Of a DNA stretch of 56,301 nucleotides, positions 26,859 to 37,671 are shown piece after piece. Made by a program: the position numbers and the translations under genes. How positions within the stretch are numbered: the stretch's first letter is position 1; each line of letters begins with the position of its first letter. The stretch is from a virus (Duplodnaviria; Caudoviricetes), in IMG/VR virus record IMGVR_UViG_3300030061_002141, positions 1 to 56,301 of that record; one strand, written 5' to 3'. A model generated the notes under the pieces. The model made no database searches. It was not told where the DNA came from and saw nothing but the letters and a program-made list of their open reading frames with translations.

Positions 26859-27055
26859 TTATCTATTAAATGAAGCAATGCTGTACCAAGACCTGTTATT
26901 ATAAGACCCGCTGCTCCAATTAATATTTTCTCCAATCTAGCAATTTGATTTGCTAATCCTTCTATTTTATCATGAGTTTGTTTTTGCATAATACGACACA
27001 ATTTTTCGTGACTATCTAATCTAGAGTGTGCCGTATTAGCTGTTTTCTTATTCAT
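26855..27055 (-). CDS. Small coiled-coil membrane protein (XhlA-like lysis accessory)
   Basis: HEKLC, coiled coil and C-terminal TM helix. Confidence 0.55.
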   Translation of the reverse strand: MNKKTANTAHSRLDSHEKLCRIMQKQTHDKIEGLANQIARLEKILIGAAGLIITGLGTALLHLIDK

Positions 27056-30000
27056 TCTCTAAAACCTCTGCTTCAAAAATATCTTCTTCTCTACCTTTCT
27101 CTGTTTTTCTTCTTTTCTTTTGTGACTCTAAAAACATTTTAGTAAGATTACCAATAGTTGCATCAAATGCTGTACCTAAACCATCTGCAACTTTTTTAGC
27201 AACAACATCTACCGGCTCAAAAGGTGTTGGCTCACCTATATCTTCTTTTTGATCTAATTTTTCTTTTATATATTCTTTAGCTATTAATGGGTTTCTGTAA
27301 GATATATCAAAAGCTTTTCTTCTACCAAAGTTTTGTGAAAAACCTAATGTTAATACTTTATTAACTTTATCAATAGCTTTATCTGCAAGATTTCTTTCTG
27401 CTTTAGTACCTTTTAACATATCATCTATAATTTTAGGATAGTTACCAGCCATAAAATTCTTTTTAGCACCATTTAAAAATAAATTATAATCTCTTAATAA
27501 ATTAAGACTGTCACCACCTAAATCAAAACCATCATAAATTCTTGCTATTCTATTTAACACCAATCTCTTATGGTTTAGAGGACCAGCAAATATATCTACA
27601 AATAATCCAGCTTTATTTGCAGCGCCAGTTAACCCGGGAGCATCAACTGCTCTCATACCAGCAGGACTTTGTATAATTTCTAAGGCATTAGCAAGTGATC
27701 TATGTACATCAAAAAAATCTTTATTGAACATTTGTTGAATTGCACCTCTATTTTCATTCAAAAATTTATTTAAATTTTGTCCATTAAGACCAGTAAAAGA
27801 AACTCCTAAATCAGAGTTTTGAGTTCTTGTACTTTTAATCATTCTTTCTAAAAAAACTTGTCTTATATTAGTAAGCATTTCAGGCGATTGTTTATTTAAA
27901 TTTACAATTAACTGTTTTACATCAGCTTTATTACCTAATCTTAAAATACTTTCTACAACTTGACCTGGTGCACCTGCGTCTAGAACATTAACATCTATTC
28001 CTGGAAGAGCTTTAGAAAATGTAGTTTGAATATCTGCAGTATTTTTAATAATATTGTCATAAGCTTCTATTGCTTTTTGAGGTGTTTTAAAAAAATCATC
28101 ATATTCTTTACCAAGAATATTTTTATATTGTGTTCCGTAAGTTTGTTTAAATTTATCAAAAGTCATTTTAGCAGGTTTACCTATCTCTGTAGGAGCAACT
28201 TCGTCTAGATATTTTTCATACAATGCTGCTTTAATTCTTTTTTTAGAAGAAGCATTAAATACTTTTCTATTATTTATTAATGTACCTAATACTAAAGAAT
28301 TTTTTAAACCTTCTGGACCTGGATTTATAAATTTATTAAATAAACTTGTAGATTCAAATTTAATTCTATTTTTTACTTTTCCAGTATTTCCATAACCAAA
28401 TGTTTGTGCAAAATCTTGAAAATAAGATTGTCTTTTAGCATTTAGTAATTCATCAAATTCTAGAATTTTTTTAGCTGCTGTTTCATTACCTGACAAAGCA
28501 TCGTCTATAATAGTATTTAATTCACCTTTTAATTGTCTTACTGTATTTTTTACTGGACCAGTTGCTAAAACTTCATCCACGTTACTCGCTAAAGTTCTTA
28601 ATTGTACAACATCTTTAAGAGATAAATCTGCAGACTTGAATGCTTTTAAACCTTTTTCAATTGATGTTAATTTTGCTATTTGACTTGTAGCTCCTACTTC
28701 ATCTCCTAATGTTTTAAATAAATCATCTATAGCTTTATCATTATAATATTTAGCTTGTTGATCTGGCGAAAGTTTTTGAATTTGTTCCGGTGTTTTCGTT
28801 TTAAAACTAGCTCTTTTATATTTTTTAATTAATTTATTTGCTGTACTCAAAGTTTCTAAATCTAAAGGTCCTACTTTTATTTTTTGTTTTAATTGTAAAT
28901 TATCTATTTGATCTCCTAAAGTTCCAATTCTTTTTTCTAAATTACCAACAGCACCAGCAAAATCAATATTAAATTCATCTATTATATTATCAGTTTCTGT
29001 TTTAAATATTTTATTTTTAGTTCTTTGAATATTTTTAAAAGCTTCTGCTGCTTCATCAGAAGTATTTGCAAGTTCTACATTTCTAATATTTTTAGCTTCG
29101 TCATCTATTAATTTAATTGCTTTATCAGCAGATGCATTATCTAAAGCATTTAATCCTGTTAATTCTTTTAAAATCCTATTTTCTACTTCTTTAACATTTC
29201 CTGCATTTTCTGCAACAGCAAGTTGTCTATTATATAACTTATCTGCAACAGTTCCTTTTTCTACTATGCCTGATCTTGGAATTGCTTTACTTACTTCTAA
29301 AGCTAAATAATTATCAGCATCTTTAGGGTTAACTCCTAAGTCTATAATTTTTTTTCTAGCTTCATCTAAAGGTTCTTTTAAAGATTTATCCATACCTCCT
29401 GAATCTAAAAATTTCTTAATTGTATCTTGAGATAATTTTTCTTTAGGCGTTGTAAAAACTATCTTCTTTACAACTGCTGCTAATGGTAAAAATGCTGCTG
29501 TTGCTGCAGCATCGATTGCTGCATATTTTGCTGCTTGAGCAACTGCCATATCTTGAAATTGTTCATCACTCATATCAGGATTAAAATTATATAATTTACG
29601 ACCCATATACAATCTTCCAAGTTCGCCAACAAACGCTGCTCCACCCGAACCTGCAATAGTTCCCGCAGGACCTGCTATACTTCCAAAAGTACCACCTGCT
29701 ATACTTGAAGCTATTGGTAATAAATCTCCTGATATTGCAAATAAATCTCCAGTCTCTAAACCTGGTTGATTAGCTTTATAAAATTTATTATCTCCACCTA
29801 ATTCCTTAGGTACTTTAAAAATTAAACCTTGACTTTTGTATCCTTCTATTCCTACTTCTTTGTTTAAAACTTCTATTTTCTTTTCATATTTTTTTACTTT
29901 TTCTTCACCATACTTTTCAGTTAAATCTTGAATAAGTAATTGCCTTGTATTATTTACTAAATCAGCAGGAGTATTAGAGCTTAAACTTAATGCTGCTCTT

Positions 30001-30347
30001 AAATCATTTGGTAAATCTTTATCAGTTCTAATACCTGAAGATTCAAATAATAATTTAGTAGAAGGTTTATAATCTACAAAAGCTGATTCTAAATCAAACT
30101 CTCTAGTTTTTTCATCATTGGCTATATCTTTTTTAATTTCATCTATAGACGATTTCATTAAATCTACATCATAGCCACTATCATTTAAAAAAGTTTTTTC
30201 ATCTACAACTTTAGGTATAGCTACTGATTTAAAGTCTTCTAATGATATGTTTCCTGAAAGATAATTTACTATGGTGTCTTTATTGACTTTAGGATACTGA
30301 CTTTGAAGTTTTTCGTATATTGCAGTTTGATTTTCATTTAATTCCAT
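27048..30347 (-). CDS. Large internal virion (DNA ejection) protein
   Basis: 1099 aa, helical, Gly/Ala-rich hydrophobic segment; last of three genes after the tail hub. Confidence 0.65.
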   Translation of the reverse strand: MELNENQTAIYEKLQSQYPKVNKDTIVNYLSGNISLEDFKSVAIPKVVDEKTFLNDSGYDVDLMKSSIDEIKKDIANDEKTREFDLESAFVDYKPSTKLLFESSGIRTDKDLPNDLRAALSLSSNTPADLVNNTRQLLIQDLTEKYGEEKVKKYEKKIEVLNKEVGIEGYKSQGLIFKVPKELGGDNKFYKANQPGLETGDLFAISGDLLPIASSIAGGTFGSIAGPAGTIAGSGGAAFVGELGRLYMGRKLYNFNPDMSDEQFQDMAVAQAAKYAAIDAAATAAFLPLAAVVKKIVFTTPKEKLSQDTIKKFLDSGGMDKSLKEPLDEARKKIIDLGVNPKDADNYLALEVSKAIPRSGIVEKGTVADKLYNRQLAVAENAGNVKEVENRILKELTGLNALDNASADKAIKLIDDEAKNIRNVELANTSDEAAEAFKNIQRTKNKIFKTETDNIIDEFNIDFAGAVGNLEKRIGTLGDQIDNLQLKQKIKVGPLDLETLSTANKLIKKYKRASFKTKTPEQIQKLSPDQQAKYYNDKAIDDLFKTLGDEVGATSQIAKLTSIEKGLKAFKSADLSLKDVVQLRTLASNVDEVLATGPVKNTVRQLKGELNTIIDDALSGNETAAKKILEFDELLNAKRQSYFQDFAQTFGYGNTGKVKNRIKFESTSLFNKFINPGPEGLKNSLVLGTLINNRKVFNASSKKRIKAALYEKYLDEVAPTEIGKPAKMTFDKFKQTYGTQYKNILGKEYDDFFKTPQKAIEAYDNIIKNTADIQTTFSKALPGIDVNVLDAGAPGQVVESILRLGNKADVKQLIVNLNKQSPEMLTNIRQVFLERMIKSTRTQNSDLGVSFTGLNGQNLNKFLNENRGAIQQMFNKDFFDVHRSLANALEIIQSPAGMRAVDAPGLTGAANKAGLFVDIFAGPLNHKRLVLNRIARIYDGFDLGGDSLNLLRDYNLFLNGAKKNFMAGNYPKIIDDMLKGTKAERNLADKAIDKVNKVLTLGFSQNFGRRKAFDISYRNPLIAKEYIKEKLDQKEDIGEPTPFEPVDVVAKKVADGLGTAFDATIGNLTKMFLESQKKRRKTEKGREEDIFEAEVLENE

Positions 30348-30363
30348 AGTACATTATAACAAG

Positions 30364-31617
30364 TTAATTTTTTAAAAACTCTTTCTGAAGATCAGTAAGT
30401 GTTGTGTCTATATTTTTTTGTTCTGCTTCTGAAGTTTCTTTAAATATTTCAAAATTAGTTTTAGATGTAGGTGTAATTTGTGGTTTTAAAGTAGAATAGA
30501 AATAAGCAGACGCAACTCTAAATGGACTACTTCTATCATTACTTCCATAAAGTTCAGTTAATATTTCATCTGATACTTGATCATTGTACTGTTCAGCAAT
30601 TTTTTCCATTGATTTATCTCTTGCATTTATAGCAAAGTTAATGTCTCCTTGATCAAAGGCCAATGTTTTAGCTATTTCACCTTCAATTTTATATGCCTCT
30701 GATGCAGCCTTTTGTGCTGAAATTAATTTAACTAGAGCTTCAGGTGTAGTTGCAGAATCACCAAGGCCTTGTAACAACACTTGAATATCTTTATCAGAAG
30801 CTGGATATAAATCTTTTACTTGAGATACAATAGCTTGTTTACTTGCTGAGTTTAATATTTCTTTAAAAGTAACATTATCTTCGTCAATTAATTTTCTATT
30901 TAATTTACCATCAGAAAAATATTTATTTAATTTATCACCTATTTCTGTACCAGCTAAAACTTTTTCTATAGGAAATAAGAATGATTCTAAAGTACCAGTA
31001 GGAATATCTTTACCTTCTGATATTAATTTAAATGCTTCTAAATATCTTGTATCTAAAGCATCAAATTTATTTCTATCACTTCTATATTTATCTATATAAG
31101 GTGTATAATTTTTAAGTATCGCTTCTTCTTTAGTTCCTCTAAATCTAGGTGGTTCACCTTTTGTAGCTTTAGTTAATGAAGCTTGTGCTTTAATTAAATC
31201 TATATCTTGTTTTTTTCTTTTAGTTGATACTGCTTCTGATTCTAAAAATCCTTTTTTAATACCACCAGATATAGTTCCAAATGGTGACTTAGCTTTTGTA
31301 ATAGGTGTATATGAAGAAGCATCAATAATAGTATTAAGACCAGAAAGAAACATAGCTCTTTTTTCACGGTCATCATATACAGTTTCTAATTTCTTTTCAG
31401 CACCTTCAGCGATATTTGTAAAAGCTTCTCCTACGCCTCTAACAAAAGATTTGAATCCACCTTCTTTCTTTTTTCCTTTTTCAAGATCATCTAAATCTTC
31501 ATATTCATCTACATCGCCTTTTGCTTCAGCAGTTCTTTCTTCAAGAAGTCTTTTTGCTAATTCAGAATCAAATGCTTTACCAGTGACTTCTACATCCATT
31601 TTATCTTTGTCAGCCAT
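30364..31617 (-). CDS. Internal virion (ejection) protein
   Basis: Position and helical composition. Confidence 0.55.
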   Translation of the reverse strand: MADKDKMDVEVTGKAFDSELAKRLLEERTAEAKGDVDEYEDLDDLEKGKKKEGGFKSFVRGVGEAFTNIAEGAEKKLETVYDDREKRAMFLSGLNTIIDASSYTPITKAKSPFGTISGGIKKGFLESEAVSTKRKKQDIDLIKAQASLTKATKGEPPRFRGTKEEAILKNYTPYIDKYRSDRNKFDALDTRYLEAFKLISEGKDIPTGTLESFLFPIEKVLAGTEIGDKLNKYFSDGKLNRKLIDEDNVTFKEILNSASKQAIVSQVKDLYPASDKDIQVLLQGLGDSATTPEALVKLISAQKAASEAYKIEGEIAKTLAFDQGDINFAINARDKSMEKIAEQYNDQVSDEILTELYGSNDRSSPFRVASAYFYSTLKPQITPTSKTNFEIFKETSEAEQKNIDTTLTDLQKEFLKN

Positions 31618-32708
31618 TAATTTACCTTTTTAAATTCAACGTCTATCTTAGAGTAATCTACCATTAAATAACCATCATCATTAACTATAGAAGCATCAGG
31701 TACTTGATGTGCCATTACACCTTGATATGTTACATCATCACCTTTATATTTAAAGTTATAAATATTAATACCGCTTGAAGATTTACCAACTAATTTAATA
31801 TCTTCTTTCATTCTAATATCAGAAGTTACAAAAGGTGCTAACGCACCCGCGGCTCCTGCTATTTGTGCAAATGGACTAGGAGCACCAACTGGTGTTCCTA
31901 CTAGTGCTGATCTTTCTTCTCCATAAGTTCTTATAGGAGCACCTGCTAAAGCACCAATAATTTGTTTAACTTGATTACCTTCAAAATCTCTTTCTTCAAT
32001 AAAATCTCTAAAAGCTTCTGTTAATTTAGCTTGATCTATTCCTCTTTCTAAAGCACCAGAGCTTCCTAATCCAGCTGCAGCACCAGCAAGTCCCGATAAC
32101 TCTGCTTGAGCAGAAGCTAATTGAGCAGCACGATCAGCAGCAAATCTTGAAGCTCCTGATTCAAAACCAGCTTGTCTTAATCTAGATGATGTATCTACTA
32201 CCTGATCTAAAAATTTATCTCTACTTAAAGCTCTTTCAATTCCTTCTCTTGATCCACCAAAAGCTCCTGCACCAATTGCTCTAGCTGCCATTGATCTTTC
32301 TTGTTGACCATAAGCTTCTCCTAAATCAGATAGTGTAGATTTAATAACACCTTCTGTATAAGGATTCATATATTGTTGCATAGTAGCAGTATCAAAAGTT
32401 TGAGCACCTATTTCAGATAATTGACCTGCTTGTGGTAAAATTTGATTTGTAAATACGTTAGCCGCTGCTCTTTCTCCTGCACTTAAATCAGCTACACGTT
32501 TACCAGTATAAGCTTCATAAGGAACAGGAGTTCCCATTGATGTCATTTCTCCATTTGCATCAAATGTAGGAACACCAATTGTTGTTTCTAAAGCTCTAGT
32601 AATTGCTGCTTCTTGTGCTTCTTTAAAATAATCTGGTATTTGAGAAACTACTGTTGATTCACTTGGAGCTGAAACTACTGTTGTTTTTGGTTTAAAAAGA
32701 CTACCCAT
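31617..32708 (-). CDS. Ejection/pilot-type virion protein with C-terminal peptidase S74-like domain
   Basis: YMNPY and GAFGGSR motifs; C-terminal SDIRMKEDI...GINIY.FKY...QGVMA...VDYSKI. Confidence 0.7.
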   Translation of the reverse strand: MGSLFKPKTTVVSAPSESTVVSQIPDYFKEAQEAAITRALETTIGVPTFDANGEMTSMGTPVPYEAYTGKRVADLSAGERAAANVFTNQILPQAGQLSEIGAQTFDTATMQQYMNPYTEGVIKSTLSDLGEAYGQQERSMAARAIGAGAFGGSREGIERALSRDKFLDQVVDTSSRLRQAGFESGASRFAADRAAQLASAQAELSGLAGAAAGLGSSGALERGIDQAKLTEAFRDFIEERDFEGNQVKQIIGALAGAPIRTYGEERSALVGTPVGAPSPFAQIAGAAGALAPFVTSDIRMKEDIKLVGKSSSGINIYNFKYKGDDVTYQGVMAHQVPDASIVNDDGYLMVDYSKIDVEFKKVN

Positions 32709-33156
32709 TGATTATAAATGTTCCTCCTATATTTTTGAATCCTAATTTAGAAAAGACATTATTTTTTCTTTCAACATCTTTTCCTTGAAATATTTCGCAT
32801 ATCGCAGTAACTTTATGTGATAATGCGTATTCTTTAAAAACTACCATTATTGATCTAAAAATACTGAAATTTCGATGTTTTGGATGTACGTGTAACCATA
32901 AAGTTCTCATAAACTTTTTGTCACTATACCAAGTTTCATCTACTGATGCAGCAAGTGTACCAACAATAGTATTTTCATATTCTACTACTATAACAAAACT
33001 ATTCTTAATGTAAAATACTATATTTTCAAGAGCTTTCTTATTATTAGTGTTTCCAAAGTTAAATGGAGCTTCAATAAGCCACGTTTTTAGTAATTCTCTT
33101 ATTCGAACAGCATCTGATATTTGAGCTACTCTTATTCTATATTTATCTTTTTCCAT
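32701..33156 (-). CDS. GNAT-family acetyltransferase-like protein
   Basis: WLHVHPKHRN and F.KLGF GNAT motifs. Confidence 0.7.
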   Translation of the reverse strand: MEKDKYRIRVAQISDAVRIRELLKTWLIEAPFNFGNTNNKKALENIVFYIKNSFVIVVEYENTIVGTLAASVDETWYSDKKFMRTLWLHVHPKHRNFSIFRSIMVVFKEYALSHKVTAICEIFQGKDVERKNNVFSKLGFKNIGGTFIING

Positions 33157-34987
33157 CAGGTCTAATATTGATTCTTAATGTACCAAATCTCCAATTGCTA
33201 CCTAATTCGTCACTTTGTATTCTTATTGAAGATTGTCTACCTCTTATTCTTGAATTATAAAAAGCTGTGCTATTAGAAACAGTTATAGATTCTCCAGATA
33301 CACGATCATTATTTGGATAATCTCTTGTTTTTAAAGTAATTACAGCATTACCTGTTTGATTTTTAAAATCTGGAATAACTTTATTTATAAACGAAAATGT
33401 TTCTCCATCTTGTATATCTCCATCACCTGATTCTATAAAAGCAGTCATTGCAGTTCCATCTGCATCCACTCCATTTTCGTGTCTATATATTAATGAACGT
33501 CCCGGGGTTAATCCATAAATTGTCGTTAAACTAGCTATATTAGAATTTGGTAAATATTCAGTTCCTAATGGATTAGGTTCAACTCCATTATCAATCCAAG
33601 TTGTTCTATTTAAACTTCCAAAATACCAACTATTTTCTAAATAATTATACATAACATATTTATCTATTTCAGTAGAATTTGAAGAACAATAATACCACAC
33701 TATTTCTGAAAAATCAGAAGTATGACCTGCATAAACTTGTTGATACTGCTGTTTATTTATATCATCAAAAACATGATTTAAAATAGGACAAGGAATTTCT
33801 TGTACTGCACCAGCAAATCTAAAAAATTGTCCATCTGACATCCAATAAGCAATATCATCTACAACAATCGCACTATTTAAAGATACAGAACCACAGTCAT
33901 TACCAAGTTGTCTAAAACCAAATATAAAAGGTGGACCAATAAAAGACATAGAATGCATAGTAGTATCTGTCCATATTAAAATAGTTCCTTTTGCAGGTTT
34001 CGCACATCTTATTTCACTTCCGCCTGCTATTCTTTGAGATCCAGCAGAATTAGTTGTATTAGGAAGCCAAGAATTATAATCTTCTTGATCTGACCATCTT
34101 ATAAATAAATTATCTTGACTAGAGGTATCGCCAATAGTTGTTTCTGTTCCCATACAAATTAAATGTCTACTTTCAGTAGAAACAATTGATAATATTGATG
34201 ATGTAGGTGCATTTGCGATTGCCTCTGCTCTATTAGTCGATAATCCCCCTGATGTATTCCAATCAAATGTACCACCATTTTTTGCTGTTAATATTAAGTC
34301 TTCTCCCCAATTATTTAAAGACCATTGTCTCATATCTAAAACTACTTCAGAGGATGTTCTAGTAGTTCCCCATGTGCTTTCTCCCCAAGTTGCTGCTCCC
34401 CAACCATATCCAAAAATTTGTACATCAGGTCCTATATTTATTTGATACTGTATATCTGCATTTGATGATGTAGCTACATTTGAATTTGCAGTACCAGGTG
34501 TTGTAATTGTATAAGCATTTAAATTATTAATTTCAACAATTTCAAATTCATTTTCTAAATCAGAAGTTGTAATTCCTCCAACACTTGAAGATACATTTGA
34601 TATAGTAATAAAATCTCCTAAAATAGCTCCATGAGATGTATGATTTACAACTACGTTAGAGCTTGTATTAGTTGTTGTAAAAACATTAGTTAATGTATTA
34701 GATTGTCTTATAGGAGTTATGTCAGCATTTGTTCCTGATTGATAAATATAAACTTTTCTATCGTTTCCTAATGATTGATATCTCGTACCATCTAAAGAAA
34801 TCCATGAAAACAAAGAAGATGGTCTTCCTATATAATAATCATCACTAAATTTAGTCCAACCTCCTATTTTCTGAGGTAGACCTTTTCTAAATCTTATTTT
34901 ATCACAATTAATCCATCTACCCTCAGCACCTGTTTCGGTGTTTTCGGTATCTAATCCTGGTAAAAAATTTAACTGAGTTAATGGCAT
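33143..34987 (-). CDS. Tail hub / packaged-DNA stabilisation protein (P22 gp10-like)
   Basis: RF..G.P.KIGGW, IRWSDQED, beta-rich, 614 aa. Confidence 0.75.
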   Translation of the reverse strand: MPLTQLNFLPGLDTENTETGAEGRWINCDKIRFRKGLPQKIGGWTKFSDDYYIGRPSSLFSWISLDGTRYQSLGNDRKVYIYQSGTNADITPIRQSNTLTNVFTTTNTSSNVVVNHTSHGAILGDFITISNVSSSVGGITTSDLENEFEIVEINNLNAYTITTPGTANSNVATSSNADIQYQINIGPDVQIFGYGWGAATWGESTWGTTRTSSEVVLDMRQWSLNNWGEDLILTAKNGGTFDWNTSGGLSTNRAEAIANAPTSSILSIVSTESRHLICMGTETTIGDTSSQDNLFIRWSDQEDYNSWLPNTTNSAGSQRIAGGSEIRCAKPAKGTILIWTDTTMHSMSFIGPPFIFGFRQLGNDCGSVSLNSAIVVDDIAYWMSDGQFFRFAGAVQEIPCPILNHVFDDINKQQYQQVYAGHTSDFSEIVWYYCSSNSTEIDKYVMYNYLENSWYFGSLNRTTWIDNGVEPNPLGTEYLPNSNIASLTTIYGLTPGRSLIYRHENGVDADGTAMTAFIESGDGDIQDGETFSFINKVIPDFKNQTGNAVITLKTRDYPNNDRVSGESITVSNSTAFYNSRIRGRQSSIRIQSDELGSNWRFGTLRINIRPDGKR

Positions 34988-35092
34988 AATTTTGTATTAT
35001 GTACTGAATTATATTATAATAATAAGAAAAGCGAAAGATATAATGTGAGTGTCTTATGACTACTAAATATTAGATTTAAAGCATAGAATCAA

Positions 35093-35626
35093 ATGAAATT
35101 AGTATATTCAATTTCTGATAAACTTTATTACATACAAAATTTTTTAAACTATTCTACTTATAAAGGTATCCATAATTCTATATTTAAAGAACGTAAAAAT
35201 ATAAATTTACATACCTCTAAAGGTGTATGGTCAGAAAAATTAATTAATAATATAATCCCTCCAAAAAGAGTAGGTGTATCAAATTATCCACCATTTGAAA
35301 AATTAAAGACTTTAACTCGTCACAATCAATTTTATGAATTAAAAGATATTAAAGATATTACTGCTAATATTCATTATATGGAAAAAGGAGCAGGTATTAA
35401 TTGGCATGATGATAGCAGTTGGTTATATGGAGCAACATACTATATTAATAATAGATGGAATACTCAGTTTGGTGGAGAATTTATGTTTACAAGTGAAAAT
35501 GGTCATGGTTACATACCAGTAGTAGGTAATTCTTTAATAATAATAAAATCTCCACTTCAACATAAAGTTAATCCTGTATTAAGTCCAATCGTGCCACGAG
35601 TATCCGTGCAAATGTTTATAAAATAA
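35093..35626 (+). CDS. 2OG-Fe(II) oxygenase (prolyl hydroxylase-like)
   Basis: WHDD, GGE, H.V.PV and R.S.Q. Confidence 0.85.
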   Translation: MKLVYSISDKLYYIQNFLNYSTYKGIHNSIFKERKNINLHTSKGVWSEKLINNIIPPKRVGVSNYPPFEKLKTLTRHNQFYELKDIKDITANIHYMEKGAGINWHDDSSWLYGATYYINNRWNTQFGGEFMFTSENGHGYIPVVGNSLIIIKSPLQHKVNPVLSPIVPRVSVQMFIK

Positions 35627-37072
35627 ATGTATATATTTTCTGCACATATCGGGCATGATGGAGCTTTTTCAATAGCTAAAGATAATGAGTTATTAGTTCA
35701 TTGTCAATTTGATAGATTCAATAGACAAAAAGGTCAAGAAACTACATGCTCTAATTTTTTTTATTATTTAAGTTCTTTAAATATAAAATTTGATATAGTT
35801 TTAATTACTGATTTAAATGTAAGGTCTCAAGAACATGTATTTCATAAAACATTTTGGACGAAATTTCTAAAAAGATTTAACTTAACAAAAAAAGAAACAG
35901 AATTTAAATTTTACATAAATGACAAAACTAGACATCATCATTTATTTCATGCCTATTGTAGTAAAGCCACTTTAGGAAATAATAAAAACTATGTCATCAT
36001 AGATGGAGCAGGGTCCCTTGTTGAAGAAACTAATAATCTTGAATCTGAATCTTTATACAATGATGATTTTAAAAGAATAAAAGTTACTTCAGATGGTTTA
36101 GGACATTCTTATTCTCATGTAACTGGTAATCTTTTACAAGAACCATATATTTTTGCATTTCAACAATGTGGAAAAACAATGGCACTTTCACAATATGGAA
36201 ATAAAAAAGTGGATATAGATAACATTTTGAAAAATAAATTAACTACATTGAAAAATGATAAAAATACTCAAAATATTTTATATACTTTTCAAAAAACATT
36301 TGAAAAAAAAATTAAAGAAAAAATGCCATTAGAAAATGTAAATTATACCGGTGGATGTGCTCAAAATATTTTAGCTAATTCTAATTTTTTAAATTACAAA
36401 AATTTTAATATAGATCCGATTTGTACAGATTCTGGTATTTCTCTAGGTCTTTTAAATTTTTATTTAAAAGGAAAGTTAAAAAAAATAAACAGTGTGTATT
36501 TAGGGCCAAAACCGAATTATGATTATTTATATTTATTTAAAGAATACAAAATATTAGATAGTGATGAAAATAAAGTTTCTGAAATACTTAAAGATAATCC
36601 TGTTGCATTATTTCAAGGTAGGTCTGAACAAGGACAAAGAGGTTTGGGAAATAGGTCTTTGTTAATTAATCCTGATAATAAAAATGCTATAAAAAAAATT
36701 AATGCTATTAAAAAAAGAGAATGGTATAGACCTTTTTCTCCAAGTATTATAGAAGAAGAAGCTTCTAATTATTTTAATATAGATAAAAATTTTTCATCTC
36801 CATACATGTTATATACTTTTAAAAATAAAATTCCTTTACCTAATGTTTCTGCAATAGATGGCAGTAGTAGAATTCAAACAGTAAATAAAAAACAAAATAA
36901 AAATTATTATGATTTATTAAAAGCCTCCGGATCTATTCTTTTAAACACAAGTTTAAATTTTCCAGGTCATGTTATAGTAGAAACTTTAATTGATTTAAAA
37001 TACATGATGGATAATTCTTGTTTAAAATATGCATGGTTACCTGATATTAAAAAACTAATTGAAAAAAAATAA
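35627..37072 (+). CDS. O-carbamoyltransferase (CmcH/NodU/TobZ family)
   Basis: GHDG, HHLFHA, IDGAG, GGCAQN, DSGISLG, GRSE.G.RGLGNRS, KKREWYRPF, RIQTV and LNTSLN. Confidence 0.92.
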   Translation: MYIFSAHIGHDGAFSIAKDNELLVHCQFDRFNRQKGQETTCSNFFYYLSSLNIKFDIVLITDLNVRSQEHVFHKTFWTKFLKRFNLTKKETEFKFYINDKTRHHHLFHAYCSKATLGNNKNYVIIDGAGSLVEETNNLESESLYNDDFKRIKVTSDGLGHSYSHVTGNLLQEPYIFAFQQCGKTMALSQYGNKKVDIDNILKNKLTTLKNDKNTQNILYTFQKTFEKKIKEKMPLENVNYTGGCAQNILANSNFLNYKNFNIDPICTDSGISLGLLNFYLKGKLKKINSVYLGPKPNYDYLYLFKEYKILDSDENKVSEILKDNPVALFQGRSEQGQRGLGNRSLLINPDNKNAIKKINAIKKREWYRPFSPSIIEEEASNYFNIDKNFSSPYMLYTFKNKIPLPNVSAIDGSSRIQTVNKKQNKNYYDLLKASGSILLNTSLNFPGHVIVETLIDLKYMMDNSCLKYAWLPDIKKLIEKK

Positions 37073-37077
37073 AATAA

Positions 37078-37671
37078 ATGAAAGAAAAAACAGTCAACAT
37101 AAATAATTTTATTGGAGTGTATGATAACTATATTACTGAACAAGAATGTAATAAAGCTATTCGACTTTACGAAGATCAAAATAAATTTAATAATACAGTA
37201 AATAGAATAGGTGGAGAAAAAGCATCAATATTACAAAAACAAGACCAACAATTTTTTGCAGCACCTTTTAATTTAGATATATGGTGGGAATCATTAAAAC
37301 CAATGATGTTAAATTTTGATTTAGCATGGAATCATTATGTTCAAAACACTGGAGCAAACGATGCTTATGGAGTTCCTTTTTATTTTACAGATTTAAAAAT
37401 TCAAAAAACTCTTCCTACAGAAGGTTATCATGTTTGGCATATTGAACATGGTAAAGGTCATGGTAATGAACCAAGAGCTTTTGTTTTTTCTATATATTTA
37501 AATGATGTAGAAGAAGGAGGAGAAACAGAATTTTTACATTTTTCGAAAAGAGTACAACCTAAAAAAGGAAGAATAGTTATTTGGCCTGCAGGTTTTCCAT
37601 ATTTACATAGAGGTAATCCACCTTTATCAGGTGAAAAATATATTTTAACTTCTTGGATGATGTTAAGATGA
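37078..37671 (+). CDS. 2OG-Fe(II) oxygenase
   Basis: WHIE, YLNDVEEGGETEF and HRGNPP...KY. Confidence 0.9.
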   Translation: MKEKTVNINNFIGVYDNYITEQECNKAIRLYEDQNKFNNTVNRIGGEKASILQKQDQQFFAAPFNLDIWWESLKPMMLNFDLAWNHYVQNTGANDAYGVPFYFTDLKIQKTLPTEGYHVWHIEHGKGHGNEPRAFVFSIYLNDVEEGGETEFLHFSKRVQPKKGRIVIWPAGFPYLHRGNPPLSGEKYILTSWMMLR

